Shown here: positions 49,131 through 60,987 of the stretch, in pieces
Position numbering within the stretch: position 1 is the stretch's first letter
How the letters are laid out: every line of letters begins with the position of its first letter
Assembly (NCBI GenBank): GCA_963788655.1
Contig: CAWBHS010000060.1
Location: forward strand, 128,001 to 192,000
From: an uncultured Verrucomicrobiae bacterium
GTDB taxonomy: Bacteria > Verrucomicrobiota > Verrucomicrobiia > Limisphaerales > JAFGQR01
DNA length: 64,000 nt
Reading direction: 5' to 3'
Made by a program: the position numbers and the translations under genes
The notes under the pieces: model-generated
Databases searched by the model: none
The model's input: only the letters and a program-made list of their open reading frames with translations
Told to the model about the DNA's origin: nothing

Positions 49131-51301
49131 TCAAGCCTCCCTGGCGCCGGGTACTGGAATCGGCATCTCATGAATGCGCGTGCCAGTGGCCCGGAACACG
49201 GCATTCGCAATGGCTGGTGCGATGGCGATGATCGGCGTTTCGCCCGCGCCCACGGGCGGCAAGTCGGGACGATTGAGAAAGTGAATATCCAGTTCCGGTA
49301 CGTCGCTGAAACGCGGCACCAAATATTGCGTGAAACTGGCATTGCGCATCTGGCCGTCGGCAAACCGCATTTCCTCCCGCAAGGCCGGTCCCATGCCCAT
49401 GATGATGCAACCCTGGATTTGGGCGACCAGATTGTCCGGATTCAACACCGGCCCGCACTCGAACACTTCGCAGACGTGGCGCACATCAATCCGGCCACGC
49501 TCGCGATCGAATGGCAATTTCCGCGCACGCCGCCACGACCGATCCTTTTTCTGTGCCGCAGGCCAAGCCGACGCCAACGCCAGGCTGCTTCTGCTTCACC
49601 TTCTCGCTCCAGTTAAATCGCTTGGCGGCTTCCTCCAACACCGCGCGCAACCGTTGGTTCTCGAGGTGCGCCAGACGGAATTCCAAGGCGTCCTTACCTC
49701 CAGCCGCTGCCAGTTCGTCCATGAAACATTCACGGGCAAAATTGTTAGCCGTGGCCGCCAGCGCCCGATAGGAACCCTGCCGCAGCGGTGCGTCCGAACG
49801 CACGAACCGCGAACCGGCCCGTCCCACGCGATAGGGAGTGTCAATGGCCGAACCGCCGGAATTGATGTTGACGTGATACCACGTGCCGATCTTCCCGCGT
49901 TCGTCCAGATTCGCCTCAATATCGATGACCGCGGCGGGCCGGAAATACGCCCAGGTGAATTCCTCTTCGCGGGTCCAACGCAACGACACCGGACGTTCCG
50001 CCGCTTGCGCCAATCGCGCCGCTTCGACCGCCACTTCGCCGGTGTGTTTGCCGCCAAAGCCGCTGCCAAAATCAGGCACGATCACGCGCACCTGGTCGTT
50101 GCGCCGATGAAACGCCCCGACCAATTCGCGATGGAACCCAAAGGGATTTTGCGTGCCGGCCCAAACCGTCAACTCCCCATCCTTCCACTCGGCCAACGCG
50201 GCGCGCGGCTCGAGCGGGGCGTGTTGCACGTAAGCGACGTGATAAGTCTGGCGCAAGGTTTTGGCGTCCGCACCAGCTGCTTCGGCAACCGGGTTTCTGG
50301 ACGCGCCGCCCTGCGCGTGACTGCGAAGGTGGGCATACAGTTCTTTGCTCGACGGATGCGGCGACGATTCCCATTTGGCGGTTTTGGCAATGGCTTCCAA
50401 GGCCTGCCGCGCCTGAAATGAAGTCGGCGCGGCCACGCCCACGAACTGGCCGTCCTGCACCGCCACCACGTCTTTCATGGCTTTGGCGGGTTCGAGATCA
50501 ATCGAGATCAGTCGTGAACCATAGGCCGGCGCGCGCAAGCACTTTCCCATACAGCATGCCGGGACGAATGAGGTCCGAAGGAAACTTGTGCGCACCGGTC
50601 ACCAAGTCGCGCCGATTTGGACGCGGCACCGAAGTGCTCATGACCTTCCATTCCTTCACGGGCGTCAGCGTCACGTCTTGCGGCACCGGCGAAGCGAAGG
50701 TCTTTGCCACCTCGTCGCTTTGTGCCAAGTCGGCATAACTCAGCGTGCGTTGGGTAGCCGGGTGTTTAATCTGGCCGTCGCTTACCTGGACGGTGTTCGC
50801 GCCGACGTTCCAACGTTGGCAGGCCAGTTGCACCAACAGTTCCCGTGCCGCCGCTGCTCCCTTCCGTACCGCTGGCACCGTCGAAGGCGTCGTGCGACTG
50901 CCCGCAGTGAGACCATCGTCCGGCACCAAGCTGGTGTCGGCCAAAAGCATTTGCACCCGCTCCGCCGGCACGCGCAATTCCTCCGCCGCTGACTGGGTCA
51001 ACTCGGCGCGGCTCCCCTGCCCCATTTCGACTTTGCCGCTCAACACGGTGATCGAGCCGTCCTTGCCGAGATGTATGCGCGCCGAGACCGGTGTCCGCCC
51101 GCCTCCGCCACGTCCTCGACCACGACCACTGCGCTGAGCCAGGACAGTTTTGGCGTTCACCGTGATCAGCAGGCCGGCACCCAGAATCTGCACAAACCCG
51201 CGGCGGCTCAGTCCGAAATCGTATCCAACCCGTTCCATGGGCTCGGTGTAATCGGTCATCATTTCCTCGTTCATATCCTGATGCGATTTCATGGTATTCA
51301 T
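49131..51301 (-). CDS. Molybdopterin-binding subunit, isoquinoline 1-oxidoreductase beta (IorB)-like; frameshifts near 50535 and 49510
   Basis: SRRGFV twin-Arg motif, KVEMGQG, AAEEL, HAPLEP, GSGFGGK, WTREEE, ECFMDELA, GAGE...PAIANAV. Confidence 0.88.
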
Positions 51302-51780
51302 TTCCCGGTTGCAGTCGCCAAGCGTTTGATGGCATTGACAATTCGCGGATAGCCGCAACAGCGGCACAAGTGGCCTTCCATCCGGGTCAGCATGTCCTTC
51401 TCAGTGGGTTTTGGTTTTTCGTTCAGCAGGCCGGCCATGGTCATCATCATGCCGGGGGTACAATAGCCGCACTGAAACGCGCCTTCTTCGAGAAAGACCT
51501 CTTGGACCGGGTGCAGTTTGTCGCCGGTGGCCAATCCTTCGATGGTAAGAATCTGCTTCTGGTCGGCGTCGCTCACGGGAGTGATGCAGGAGTGTGTGCT
51601 CTGGCCGTCCACCAACACCGTGCAAGCGGCGCAGCGGCCCTCGCCACAGCCGAACTTGGATCCGGTCAAGTGCAGGTCTTCACGGAGGACTTCCAACAAG
51701 GGCCGGTCGGGATCCGTGGTCACGATCCGGGGCTGGCCGTTCACAGTGAAACGAAATGTCTTTTCCATAGGGTATGCCAT
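51298..51780 (-). CDS. (2Fe-2S)-binding subunit (IorA/CoxS-like)
   Basis: KFGCGEGRCAACTV, SC, FQCGYCTPG, HLCRC. Confidence 0.93.
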   Translation of the reverse strand: MAYPMEKTFRFTVNGQPRIVTTDPDRPLLEVLREDLHLTGSKFGCGEGRCAACTVLVDGQSTHSCITPVSDADQKQILTIEGLATGDKLHPVQEVFLEEGAFQCGYCTPGMMMTMAGLLNEKPKPTEKDMLTRMEGHLCRCCGYPRIVNAIKRLATATGK

Positions 51781-51900
51781 TGTGCATTTCTTGCCGGAAG
51801 ATGCCATCAATTTTTGCGCCATTCTGAACTCGGGCAACTCGGCTGGTTCGCAATAATTGGATTCATCTCGGCAGCCCTGGCCGTTTTCGAACTATCGTCC

Positions 51901-53430
51901 TCAGGGCCGCGCGGCCGAGTTTGTTGGAGCCCCCACCCGTCGGTCCAATTGCGCGTGGTAGAGATTGGCCGGCTGCAACACACCAGGATCAATCACTTCA
52001 AACCACCGACCGCCGAGGTTGGTTTCGGAGGTTCCCTTGCTTTGGACGCCAATGAAATTCATGCGGTCCGGCCCCCAGCCTTGGGGCCAGGATTGAGGTT
52101 GGCGGGCGCGGATGTTCCAGAAGGTTTCGTAGGCTGCGCTGTGCCGCCCGAGGTCGGCGCCGCCGCCTGATTGGAACATACGACTGCCCTGGCCCAAATC
52201 GAGGTCGGTGAACAGGTTGGCGTGCGGCCCGTATTTGTGATGGTCAAAGCAGAGGTCGAGGCCGCGGCCCAGGGTCACTACGTTGCCCGCCGAACCCCGC
52301 GTCATCGTGATATCGTGCATGAACCGGGTGCGGAACTCGAAATTCCGCAGCAGGTTGTCCTGCCCGCCCAGGGTGATGCCATGATGCCCGGTGGCCTTTC
52401 GGGACTTCTCAATCGGCCGGTCTGAAGTGATGAGGATGCCTTGAACGGTGACGTTCACTCCGCTGATAAAGATGCCGCTGTCGCAGTTGTGAATTTGCAG
52501 GTTGCGCAGCCCGCAGTTGCGCGCACCGCTGACCGCGATGGCGTTGTAGCCCACTTCCGTGAAATGCCCCCGATAAGGCGTATTGGGAAACGAAAAGCCC
52601 AAGTCTTCAATGCCCACTTCCTCGACGCTGCTGGCGGCAGCAAACAGGGCAGGACGCCATTCCAGCCGGACTTCCGTCCGCAGTGGCCGGTCAAACTCAA
52701 TGCGCCGGGCGGCGGCATCCACCTTCGTCAAACGGCACGCAAACGACTCGCGCACGCCTCTTAGCTTGGCGAGCGAACCGGGATCGCCGGCGTACAGTTG
52801 GACGGCCAGGGATTTGTCCGGCGTATCCGTCAATCGCAGCACCACGTCATCACCGGCTTTCAACTTCTCACACCCGGATACCGAGAGGGCGCGGTCGCCG
52901 CGCTTTGCCGGCGCGGTCACTTGTGCCAAGGTCTGACGGGACGGGGAGCCGAGCACCTGGAGGAAGCCACCGGACCAGGAATAATTGGAAGTGCGTTGGC
53001 CGGAGGTCGTGGCGCCCCAGTTGGGCTTGATCGTGTTCAGCGGGATGGGAAAGAAGAGCACCGATACCTCCGCGCCCGCGCCTTGCAACACCGTGCCGCG
53101 GTCGCGGATCGTCAGGAAATCCGTAATCTTGTAACGGCCGGGCGGGATGCGGATCACCTTCCCCTTCGAATCAGCTATGGCCTTCTGAAAAGCGGCCGTA
53201 TCATCCGCGATGCCGTCGCCCACCGCGCCAAAGTCCTTTACATTCACCATAGGTTTCACGGTAGGCAGCGGCGCTTCACCCCGGTGATACCCGGCGTAGG
53301 AGAACTCCGGCAGGCGACTTTGCGGCGTCCAGGGTTCACCGTCACGGCCCCACAAGGCGGAGTATTGGGGCGAGGCGGAGGTGCCGCCGACCAGAGCAAA
53401 CAGAAGGCAGGATCTGAGGATGAGTTTCAT
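51901..53430 (-). CDS. Secreted beta-helix carbohydrate-active protein (Pectate_lyase_3/GH28-related)
   Basis: LPEFSYAGY, NVKDFGAVGDGIADDTAAFQKAI, IPPGRY, LQGAG; signal peptide. Confidence 0.8.
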   Translation of the reverse strand: MKLILRSCLLFALVGGTSASPQYSALWGRDGEPWTPQSRLPEFSYAGYHRGEAPLPTVKPMVNVKDFGAVGDGIADDTAAFQKAIADSKGKVIRIPPGRYKITDFLTIRDRGTVLQGAGAEVSVLFFPIPLNTIKPNWGATTSGQRTSNYSWSGGFLQVLGSPSRQTLAQVTAPAKRGDRALSVSGCEKLKAGDDVVLRLTDTPDKSLAVQLYAGDPGSLAKLRGVRESFACRLTKVDAAARRIEFDRPLRTEVRLEWRPALFAAASSVEEVGIEDLGFSFPNTPYRGHFTEVGYNAIAVSGARNCGLRNLQIHNCDSGIFISGVNVTVQGILITSDRPIEKSRKATGHHGITLGGQDNLLRNFEFRTRFMHDITMTRGSAGNVVTLGRGLDLCFDHHKYGPHANLFTDLDLGQGSRMFQSGGGADLGRHSAAYETFWNIRARQPQSWPQGWGPDRMNFIGVQSKGTSETNLGGRWFEVIDPGVLQPANLYHAQLDRRVGAPTNSAARP

Positions 53431-54077
53431 AAAAGAAATGCAATTTGAATCGGGGACAACTGAATTGCGCATTGGAACCATGTACTTGAACTTCAAGGTT
53501 GAATCCACAGAAAAGAACAAAGGAAACAGCGTGTTCGAAGCGTTGGCATGTTCACCTGGAAAAAGCAACCCGTGAAGTTTACTTTGCTTGAACCATTCCG
53601 TTTTCGCACCTGCATTGGCTTCTGGAAACCAATTTCACTCCCAGGCAAGAAGTCGCTTTCATGGTCGCTTAACTCCCACGCAATCGAGTCAGACCGTGCT
53701 GTGGTCGGCTGCAAGCGTTACGCTCAAACGGTGGCCGCAGCGCGTTAGCAGTGAATAATTTGTAAGCCTCTCCGCTCAACCCCGGTTCCGGCGCGGAGAA
53801 ATTTGCTGAAAACCGATTCACATTCCTGGAAATCATCGGGCAACCTCGAACTCTATTTGTAAACCGAAACCAGAGACGGTATGGTTAATGTCAAGTATTA
53901 GCCTCAATTGAGGTGTTGCAAAATGCTCGCTCAGCGTAAAACAAGACCTTGTGCATGTCACCTCAGCCAGGGGAGGTGTCCGATGCATCTCTTTAATTTA
54001 AACAACTGTGTGTTTCGCGGTCGCAAGCCGGAACCGTACGGTTTGGTCCACCCAATCTTTGAACAAAACCCCGCCTC

Positions 54078-57000
54078 ATGTTGACCTCTTACCTCAACGT
54101 CAAACTCTCCTTGCTCGGTTTTCCCCCGGTAACCACCCCTGACGGGAGGTGCATGGACGATGTCGTAGCCACGCTCGTTACTCAGTTCCGTGAGAAGGAA
54201 CGTCTGCTCGCCACGCACCTGTGTCCGGCTGATCAGCGCATTCAGAATTTTCTCTATGATTACCTGCAGGACCTGCCGGTGAGCCGATTGCCGTTGCGCA
54301 CGTTGACGCTGGATCGGCCGGGCATGGCGCGGGCATTGTCCCTGCCAGTGGATCGTGACGAGTTTGCTTCCAGCATACTCAATTCATACCGGGTCAAGCA
54401 GGGGGTGTTGCACAATCCCAAAAGCGATCGTCGCACGACCCAGGGCATCTTTCACATCACCGAAGGCGGATTACCCATCCCCAGCGACAAAATTGGAGTG
54501 CCCAAAGTCACCTTCGGAAAAATGCTGGCCCTGGCCTTCAATCCACCCGGCGAACTCCTGCGGTTGCCCTTCACCGCCACCCAAGCGCGGCCCGCCGAAT
54601 GTTTTGTTTCGCTGCTGCTCCGGCCGATGGTGTGTCCGGAAGTTCCGGGTTTCACCCCGCAGAAGTCGATGGAGATTCGCTTTTTTGCGCCCGGCAATCT
54701 CGTCAGCAATCTCGATTTCGTCGAAAGCATTTTTGGCAACGGCGGTGATCCCAATCTGCCCGAAAACGACGCCGGGCTGGATACGCGAGCATTGGACCGG
54801 TCACACCGGCTGCGTCATCCTGGCGCCGCATCTGACGAAAGTGACGAAGCAAGAGGCCGGTTTGCCGGCTTGGGACGACGCCACCGACCGCCAGCGGCGT
54901 GATGGCATGTGCTGGCAGGATGAACAGGAACTCTACAACCATGGCAGCGCCGTTTAAGCTGACTTGCCGTGACGAAACCGGAGTCATCGTCACGCTGATT
55001 GCCGACAACTACTTTGGCTATTGCAAGAAGGAAGTGAAAACGCAGATCAGTTATGCCGCCAATCTGTTCGGTTTGTGCGAAGAGGAGCATGCCGGCGGCG
55101 CGCTGGTCTTTCCCGCTTACGATCTCGGCGAAGAATTCTGCGGCGACATTCACGTCAAGCGCCTGGGGCATACCTTCGCTGAGGTCAGCGCGCGTTACGG
55201 CGACTTCCTCGAAATGAAGCCGGAAGGTTATGCAGTGGACCGTCGCTATCCGGATCTTCTTTACGTGCCGGAAGACGCCCGGTTCGATTTGCACAAACAA
55301 AAGGTTTACTGGTCCACCGAGGGCACGGAACACGCCATCAAATTGCTGCCGAGCGTGACTTACATGCGCCCGTCCGGCTACAAAGTGCGCATGGAAAAAC
55401 CCGGCGCCAACCGCGGTTGGCGGCTGGTGGGCACCGTGGCCGAAGGCACTTTGTGCCATAAGCCCTGCACGGTTTCCGGCGGTGGGAAATCCGAAATTTC
55501 GAAGCCCATTACCGACGCCATTCTGGTGGGGCCAGTATTTGTGGCCGATTTCAAGAATGATTTCGACCAGGTGGCGGAATTGATTGGGCGGGACTATAGC
55601 AACCGTTTCCAGGATCCGACGCGGAAGGATTACCGTTCCATTCTGGCACCGGAACGTTCGCTGGGTTCGGTCATCAAGTTGCTGGTGCCGGACGAGCACG
55701 ACTTCACCCCGGAATACAACGCCTGGCTGGAAACGGTGCCGCAGTATCTGCGGGAACTGGTTTTCGTGGTGAAACGCTATTACAGCCCGGAATGGGGCGA
55801 CCAATGGCGCGGCCATTTCAGTGTGGATATCCTCAACGGCAAGCCGGCCAATGAACTCAAGTGCGACGATCGCAAACTGATCACCACCTACCTGCGCGTG
55901 GGCTTCGAACTGGACGGTTCCTGGCGCACCTTCGGGTTGCGGAAGGATTTTAATCCCGCGATGAAACTTCAGTTGGAGGATGATATCACCGTTTCGTTGG
56001 TGGTACCGCCCGCGCCATTGCCCTCGGTATGGTTCCTCCCCTGAGCCATGGAATGGATACCGGGGCAGGTCAACCTGAATCGACGGGGGCCAGTTCATTC
56101 AAATTTGTGGCGAATGTCGAGGCACGCCTGTTCCAACGCCCGGATGACGCCATTCATCGCGGCTACGATAAAGTCACCGAGGCCGATTTCGTTCGCTCCG
56201 ACAATTTCTTTTCCAACTACGAACCGCTGCCGGCGAACCTGGCCCAGGAATTCGTCGAAGACGCCATTGGCTTTCACCAGTTCACCGAACTGCATGCAAA
56301 CCTTCATCCGCGGGGTGGCCGCCAATGGCGATGGGGGCTATTTCGTTTGCTCCGCCAATCCGCGCCTGGTGGACGGTAAACCCACCAAGAATCCGCGTTA
56401 CCTCCAATTGCGTGGTGATCTGACCACGCCGCGGGATCGTTACCTCACCGAAATGTCCGCCCGGTTGCGCCGGCGGCTGAAGCCCGATCACCCCCTGCAC
56501 GTGCCCGTGGCAGCGGTATTGCCCGGACGCCGCAACAATCCGCCGGAGGTGGGCATCCGTTCGCTGGCCTGTTACAACCCCATTCATTACTTCGAACTGC
56601 CGGAACTGTTCATGGAATTCATTTGCAGCATGACCGGCAAATCGCCCTCCACGACCGGTGCGGGTTCGGAAGGCGGCGCTCACCAAGGGACCCTTCAATG
56701 CGCTGCCGCCCATCATGGATCTCAACAGCGCGCTCCTGGCGTTCATTCTCACGGGGCACCATGCATTTGTCACTGCGGCGGGTTACGTCGGCCCCAACGT
56801 GCGCGTGGATCATGACGTGAGTCTGCTCGTGCCGGAAGTCTGGTGCCGCATGACACCCGAGGAACGGGATCCGAAATTCCTCATCGCTGAACGTTGTCTC
56901 GAAAAATGTCGAGGACTTCGACCTGAGTGGCAAGAAGGTTCTGGCCAGCCGGCTGGGCTATCGCATCACCGCGCGCTTCGTGCGCACCTTTTTTGCCCGC

Positions 57001-57518
57001 GTCTTCAATCATCCGCAAGCCGTCTTTACGGACGAGATGCTGCAGCCGGAATTGCAGGACATGGACATTTTTGTGGACGGCATGGACAACATTGTCGCCA
57101 CGCAGCGACGCGTGGCGAAATTGTATTTCGAAGATGGCAGCATTGCGCAGGCCTGTCCGCCGCTGCAGGCGCTGCTGCACATCATGCTCGAAGACAGTTG
57201 GAAGGGTCACGGCCTCGACTGCATCCGGAATTTCGCCGGATGTTCACGCGCGATTGGTTGCTGTCCAGCGATTGGTACGCCGCGCGGCTGGCGGCGAAAC
57301 AGAAGGTGGACTGCGCGCTTTGGCGGCGGCACGTCGAATACCTGGAGAAATTTCTGAAACGCACCAGTCACGCGGACGAAGCCGCGCGCCTCGGCATTGC
57401 CGACCGGCTGGCCAGCGCCCTAAAGACATTGGTCGAAGTAGAATCCCCGACCTATTTGGACCAACTCACCGGCACTCTGGGCGCCGAGCCAATTGACGCC
57501 TATCTGGCTTCGTCTTGA
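54078..57518 (+). CDS. Pyrophosphate-dependent phosphoenolpyruvate carboxykinase; multiple frameshifts
   Basis: GVLHNPKSDRRTTQGIFH, NLDFVESIFGNGGDP, ADNYFGYCKKEVKTQIS, HKPCTVSGGGKSEISK, LFQRPDDAI, TGKSPSTTGAGSEG; about 1140 codons in total. Confidence 0.85.
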
Positions 57519-57542
57519 AGGGCAGCATTCGGCGGAAAGATT

Positions 57543-57572
57543 GTTCCAGAGCGACTTCGGTTCATCTGGAAC
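57543..57572 (+). terminator. Hairpin after PEPCK
   Basis: gttccaga...cTTCGg...tctggaac; weak U tail. Confidence 0.35.
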
Positions 57573-57575
57573 TGT

Positions 57576-57761
57576 AAGTGCCGTCGAAGATGTTGAAATT
57601 CCTGGCTTCCGTGAAGCCAAGCGGGCAGTATTATGATGCTCATGAACACGACAAAACCCTTTTCCATCGGCAAAGCCGCTTCCGTCGGACTGTTGCTACT
57701 TGGGTTGTTACCGACCGCCGCGCTCGGCGAGTGGCAGCACGACGACAAAAGCCTGGTGTGG
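57576..57761 (+). repeat. Diverged direct repeat, left copy (right copy 60802-60987)
   Basis: Ungapped match at offset 3226; 18 mismatches in the 164-bp core 57598-57761 by hand count. Confidence 0.92.
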
Positions 57762-57782
57762 ATTGCACAGCGGTTGCAGTAG
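57633..57782 (+). pseudogene. 5' remnant of the DUF6807/PmoA-family gene
   Basis: MMLMNTTKPFSIGKAASVGLLLLGLLPTAALGEWQHDDKSLVW then IAQRLQ-stop, versus MTLMNTTKPFSIGQAASVGLLVLGLFPTAALGEWQRDDTSLAW at 60859. Confidence 0.85.
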
Positions 57783-57972
57783 TCAGCGGCCCGCAAGTGT
57801 CATTAGTGAGGCTGAATTCCTTGCGATCTGATGGTGTCTGCATGCGCGCAGCTTTCCAATATGCATCGGAGGCTCTTTGAATTGAACCGGGAATATCAGC
57901 CGGCACGTGCGGGTCATCCAGTTTGCTTGGTATTGTTTAGGAAATCGCCAGGACAGAACCACATTCCTGACC

Positions 57973-58000
57973 TTGACATGCCGCAAGCCTGCCGTATGCT
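57973..58000 (+). promoter_or_regulatory. Putative sigma70 promoter (TTGACA-16-TATGCT)
   Basis: TTGACAtgccgcaagcctgccgTATGCT, 52 nt before ATG 58053. Confidence 0.55.
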
Positions 58001-58052
58001 AAACATTAGTGATTCTGAGACGAGTCGGCCATCCTCGGACTCCATCTTGCTT

Positions 58053-60588
58053 ATGAAAACTCTAAGGTTTAGTATCCTGCTCGCGGTCGGCTTCTTAATG
58101 GTTGCTCCGGTTGGCGCCTCTCCGCCCTCGGCGGGGCCTTATCAATCGTGGCTGGTGCCAGCCAATACGCCGCTTGGACTGGCCAGCGATGACCAGGGCC
58201 AGCTTTGGGTGCTGGATGATGATGCGGATCAGATTCATAAGGTCAATCCGGCGACGGGCACCAGTAGCCTGGCGGCCACTCTGGATTCCGGGCAATGGCG
58301 AGGACTGACGTTCGGGGAGGGGTTTCTCTGGCTGGCGGGAAGGACGAATATTTACCGCCTTGACCCCACCAATCTTCCGGCCAATCCGAACACCATCACG
58401 TTGGTGGGATCGCCCTTCATCACGAACAGCACGAATGACATCAGCAATCGTGGCCTGGCCTATGGACTGGGGCTGGTCTGGGTGTCTTGGGGCCGGAGAG
58501 TTTACGCCTATGTCAACAACGTGGGGGGCAGCAGTCCTTTTCGCACCTTCACCTACGATCCGAACGATGTGGGGTTCACGGGAGGAGAGCCGGCGGCGGA
58601 CCTGGTGCCCCGGAGCCTGGCCTTCAAGGATTCCTCGCTGTGGATGGTCGCTGAGAGCACTAATGCGCGGCCCCGCCTTTACGAACTGAACCAAATTACG
58701 GGTGACATTCTGGCAGAGTATCCCTTCTATATCGGTGACTGGTGGGGAGCGACGTTTGTTGGAGATGATCTCTGGGTTTTGGACCGCGATCTCTATAGTG
58801 TGACCCGGTATGCCTATGACGTGTCCAACCTGTTCACTGAAGTGTTTGTTCCCTCGACCCGGGCTTTTGTCACTGGGGTGGCTTTCTATACGGCAATTCA
58901 GTTGCCGGTTCCCGGTATTTGGAACTTTCCTTACCTCAGTTCGAAAAGTCTTTTCCCGGATCCGAGCGAGCCTGCTTCCTATCCCAATTGCATACGAGTT
59001 ATCGTCAGTCAACATGGGGTCGGCTCAGCCATGGAGAGTCATTTTCGAAAGGCGATGGCCGCCGCCCAAGAATACGATCCAACGGGAACCGTGGCCGGGG
59101 AAACGATGGTCATTTCACTGCTGCTCATCAACCGCAGTGAAGTCAACACCAGTGCCTCCGATGATATTTTGGACGACACCAATGCCTATCCCTTCATTAA
59201 TCAGGAGGTTCCCGCTGATTTTGTTTATTTCGGCGGCAGCCGGTTCGTGGGGGCGAGGCATATGGACAACCATGGCGTCTCCGCCTTTGACGTTGCGGAT
59301 ACCCTCCTGCAGCGGGCCGTGTCGTTATGTCCCAACCTTGAGAACATAGTCATATGTGGACATTCCGGGGGTGGACAATTCACGCAGCGCTACGCGGCAT
59401 TGAGCACGTTCGAGGATGATGTGGCGCGGCCCAACGGAATCAGCATGCGATATGTCCCGATGAATCCCGGCGCCTACACCTACTTCAATGAAGAACGCTA
59501 TTTGCCAGTGCCCAATTTGTTCGGTCAAATCTGCGATCCAACCGACATGGATCCCCCCCGCCGCCCACAGAGCAGGTAACATGGACTTTGCCTTTCGCCC
59601 TCCCCTGGGCAGCGGCATCCTTGTTGTACCATCTATGCGAGGATCCGTCGAATCCGAGCTCCCCTTTGGGGAGACTTACGTACGACAGATATCCGTTGGG
59701 AATCGGCTCATTCTTTGCCTACAACAATGTCTTCACGCAACTTGAGTTTCCCACCATGAAGTATCAGTACCATGGAAATCGCAGGGCGATCAGTTCATTC
59801 CTTCAGGAACGCCTTTCAACGATCCGTTCGTGGTAAATCTGATCGCGGTAACGGCGGACGCCATCAAGACGCGCTACGCCCGTCGATGTGTGCATTACAC
59901 GGTGGGCTCCAACGATCTGGACCTTTACAATTGCTATCCCGGGAAACCGATGGAAGAGGATGAACCCGCGGCCGGCGAGGTGCTACAGGGATGCAACCGC
60001 TACCAACGCGCGCGCATTTTCTTCCAGCACCTCCGGCGAGTGTTCGGATTCGGCTTCACCCAGACGCACACACTGGCCGAGGTCCCCGGGGTCTCACATT
60101 CCTCCAACGGGATGTATCTTTCCGATGTGGTTCAGGAATACCTCTTCGGCGATCACTGTAACCTCATCGATTCCCGCATATCCGATGTGGCGCCGCAAAT
60201 CCCTCCAAATCAACGGTTGCCAACTCTGGATCCAGACCAAGACGGCCAAAATAACCTGCTGGAAATTGCGTTGAACACGCCGCCCCATATAGCCAGTGAC
60301 GATGGGATTGAGGCGGGCACTTACGCCGAGGGGGGAGGCGCGGCGTATCTGACCATCACGTATCCAGCCTGGATTGGTTTGTCCGGATACCAGGTCCAGC
60401 CTTACGTCTCGGAGTCACTTTTGGGACCTTGGATCGAGCAAGGCGTGGAAGTGAGCCGAGTTCCGATCGATGCAGAAACCGAACGGATCACGATCCGTGA
60501 CGCCGAACCAATCGGGGGAGTGCCATTCGGCCGAGTGACGGAACGTTACATGAGGATCGGCGTAATTCCTGCCCGCCCGCCGATGTGA
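58053..60588 (+). CDS. Secreted beta-propeller + alpha/beta-hydrolase protein with C-terminal DxDxDG-type domain; frameshifts at about 59555-59790
   Basis: Signal peptide; GL-x-F/Y..G.LW blades; CGHSGGGQF nucleophile elbow; VGSND; VPGVSH; DPDQDGQNNLLEIAL tail; ORFs 57831, 59588 and 59830 join. Confidence 0.7.
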
Positions 60589-60801
60589 ATGGAAAAGATG
60601 TTATCGGTCCATCCCGCACCCGCCAAAACCGCGCGTTCGGCTCCTACCGATTCCACGCCCGCTCCAACTGCGCCCACGGGACCCACCGTGCTGCAAATAA
60701 TCCCTCGACCAGTCCCCAAAATATTTCCGCGCACCGAGAAAGTGGACGGCTTGAGCGCCAGTTCCACGCGCCTATTCCCCGCCTACTCCATCACGATTCT
60801 G

Positions 60802-60987
60802 AAGTGCAATCGAACAGGTTAACATTCCTGGCTTCCGTAAAGCCAGGCAGGCAGTATTATGACGCTCATGAACACGACAAAACCCTTTTCCATCGGCCAA
60901 GCCGCTTCCGTCGGACTTTTGGTGCTTGGATTGTTTCCGACCGCTGCGCTTGGTGAGTGGCAACGCGACGACACGAGCCTGGCGTGG
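60802..60987 (+). repeat. Diverged direct repeat, right copy (upstream region and 5' end of the intact gene)
   Basis: Matches 57576-57761; includes hairpin cctggctt-ccgta-aagccagg. Confidence 0.92.
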
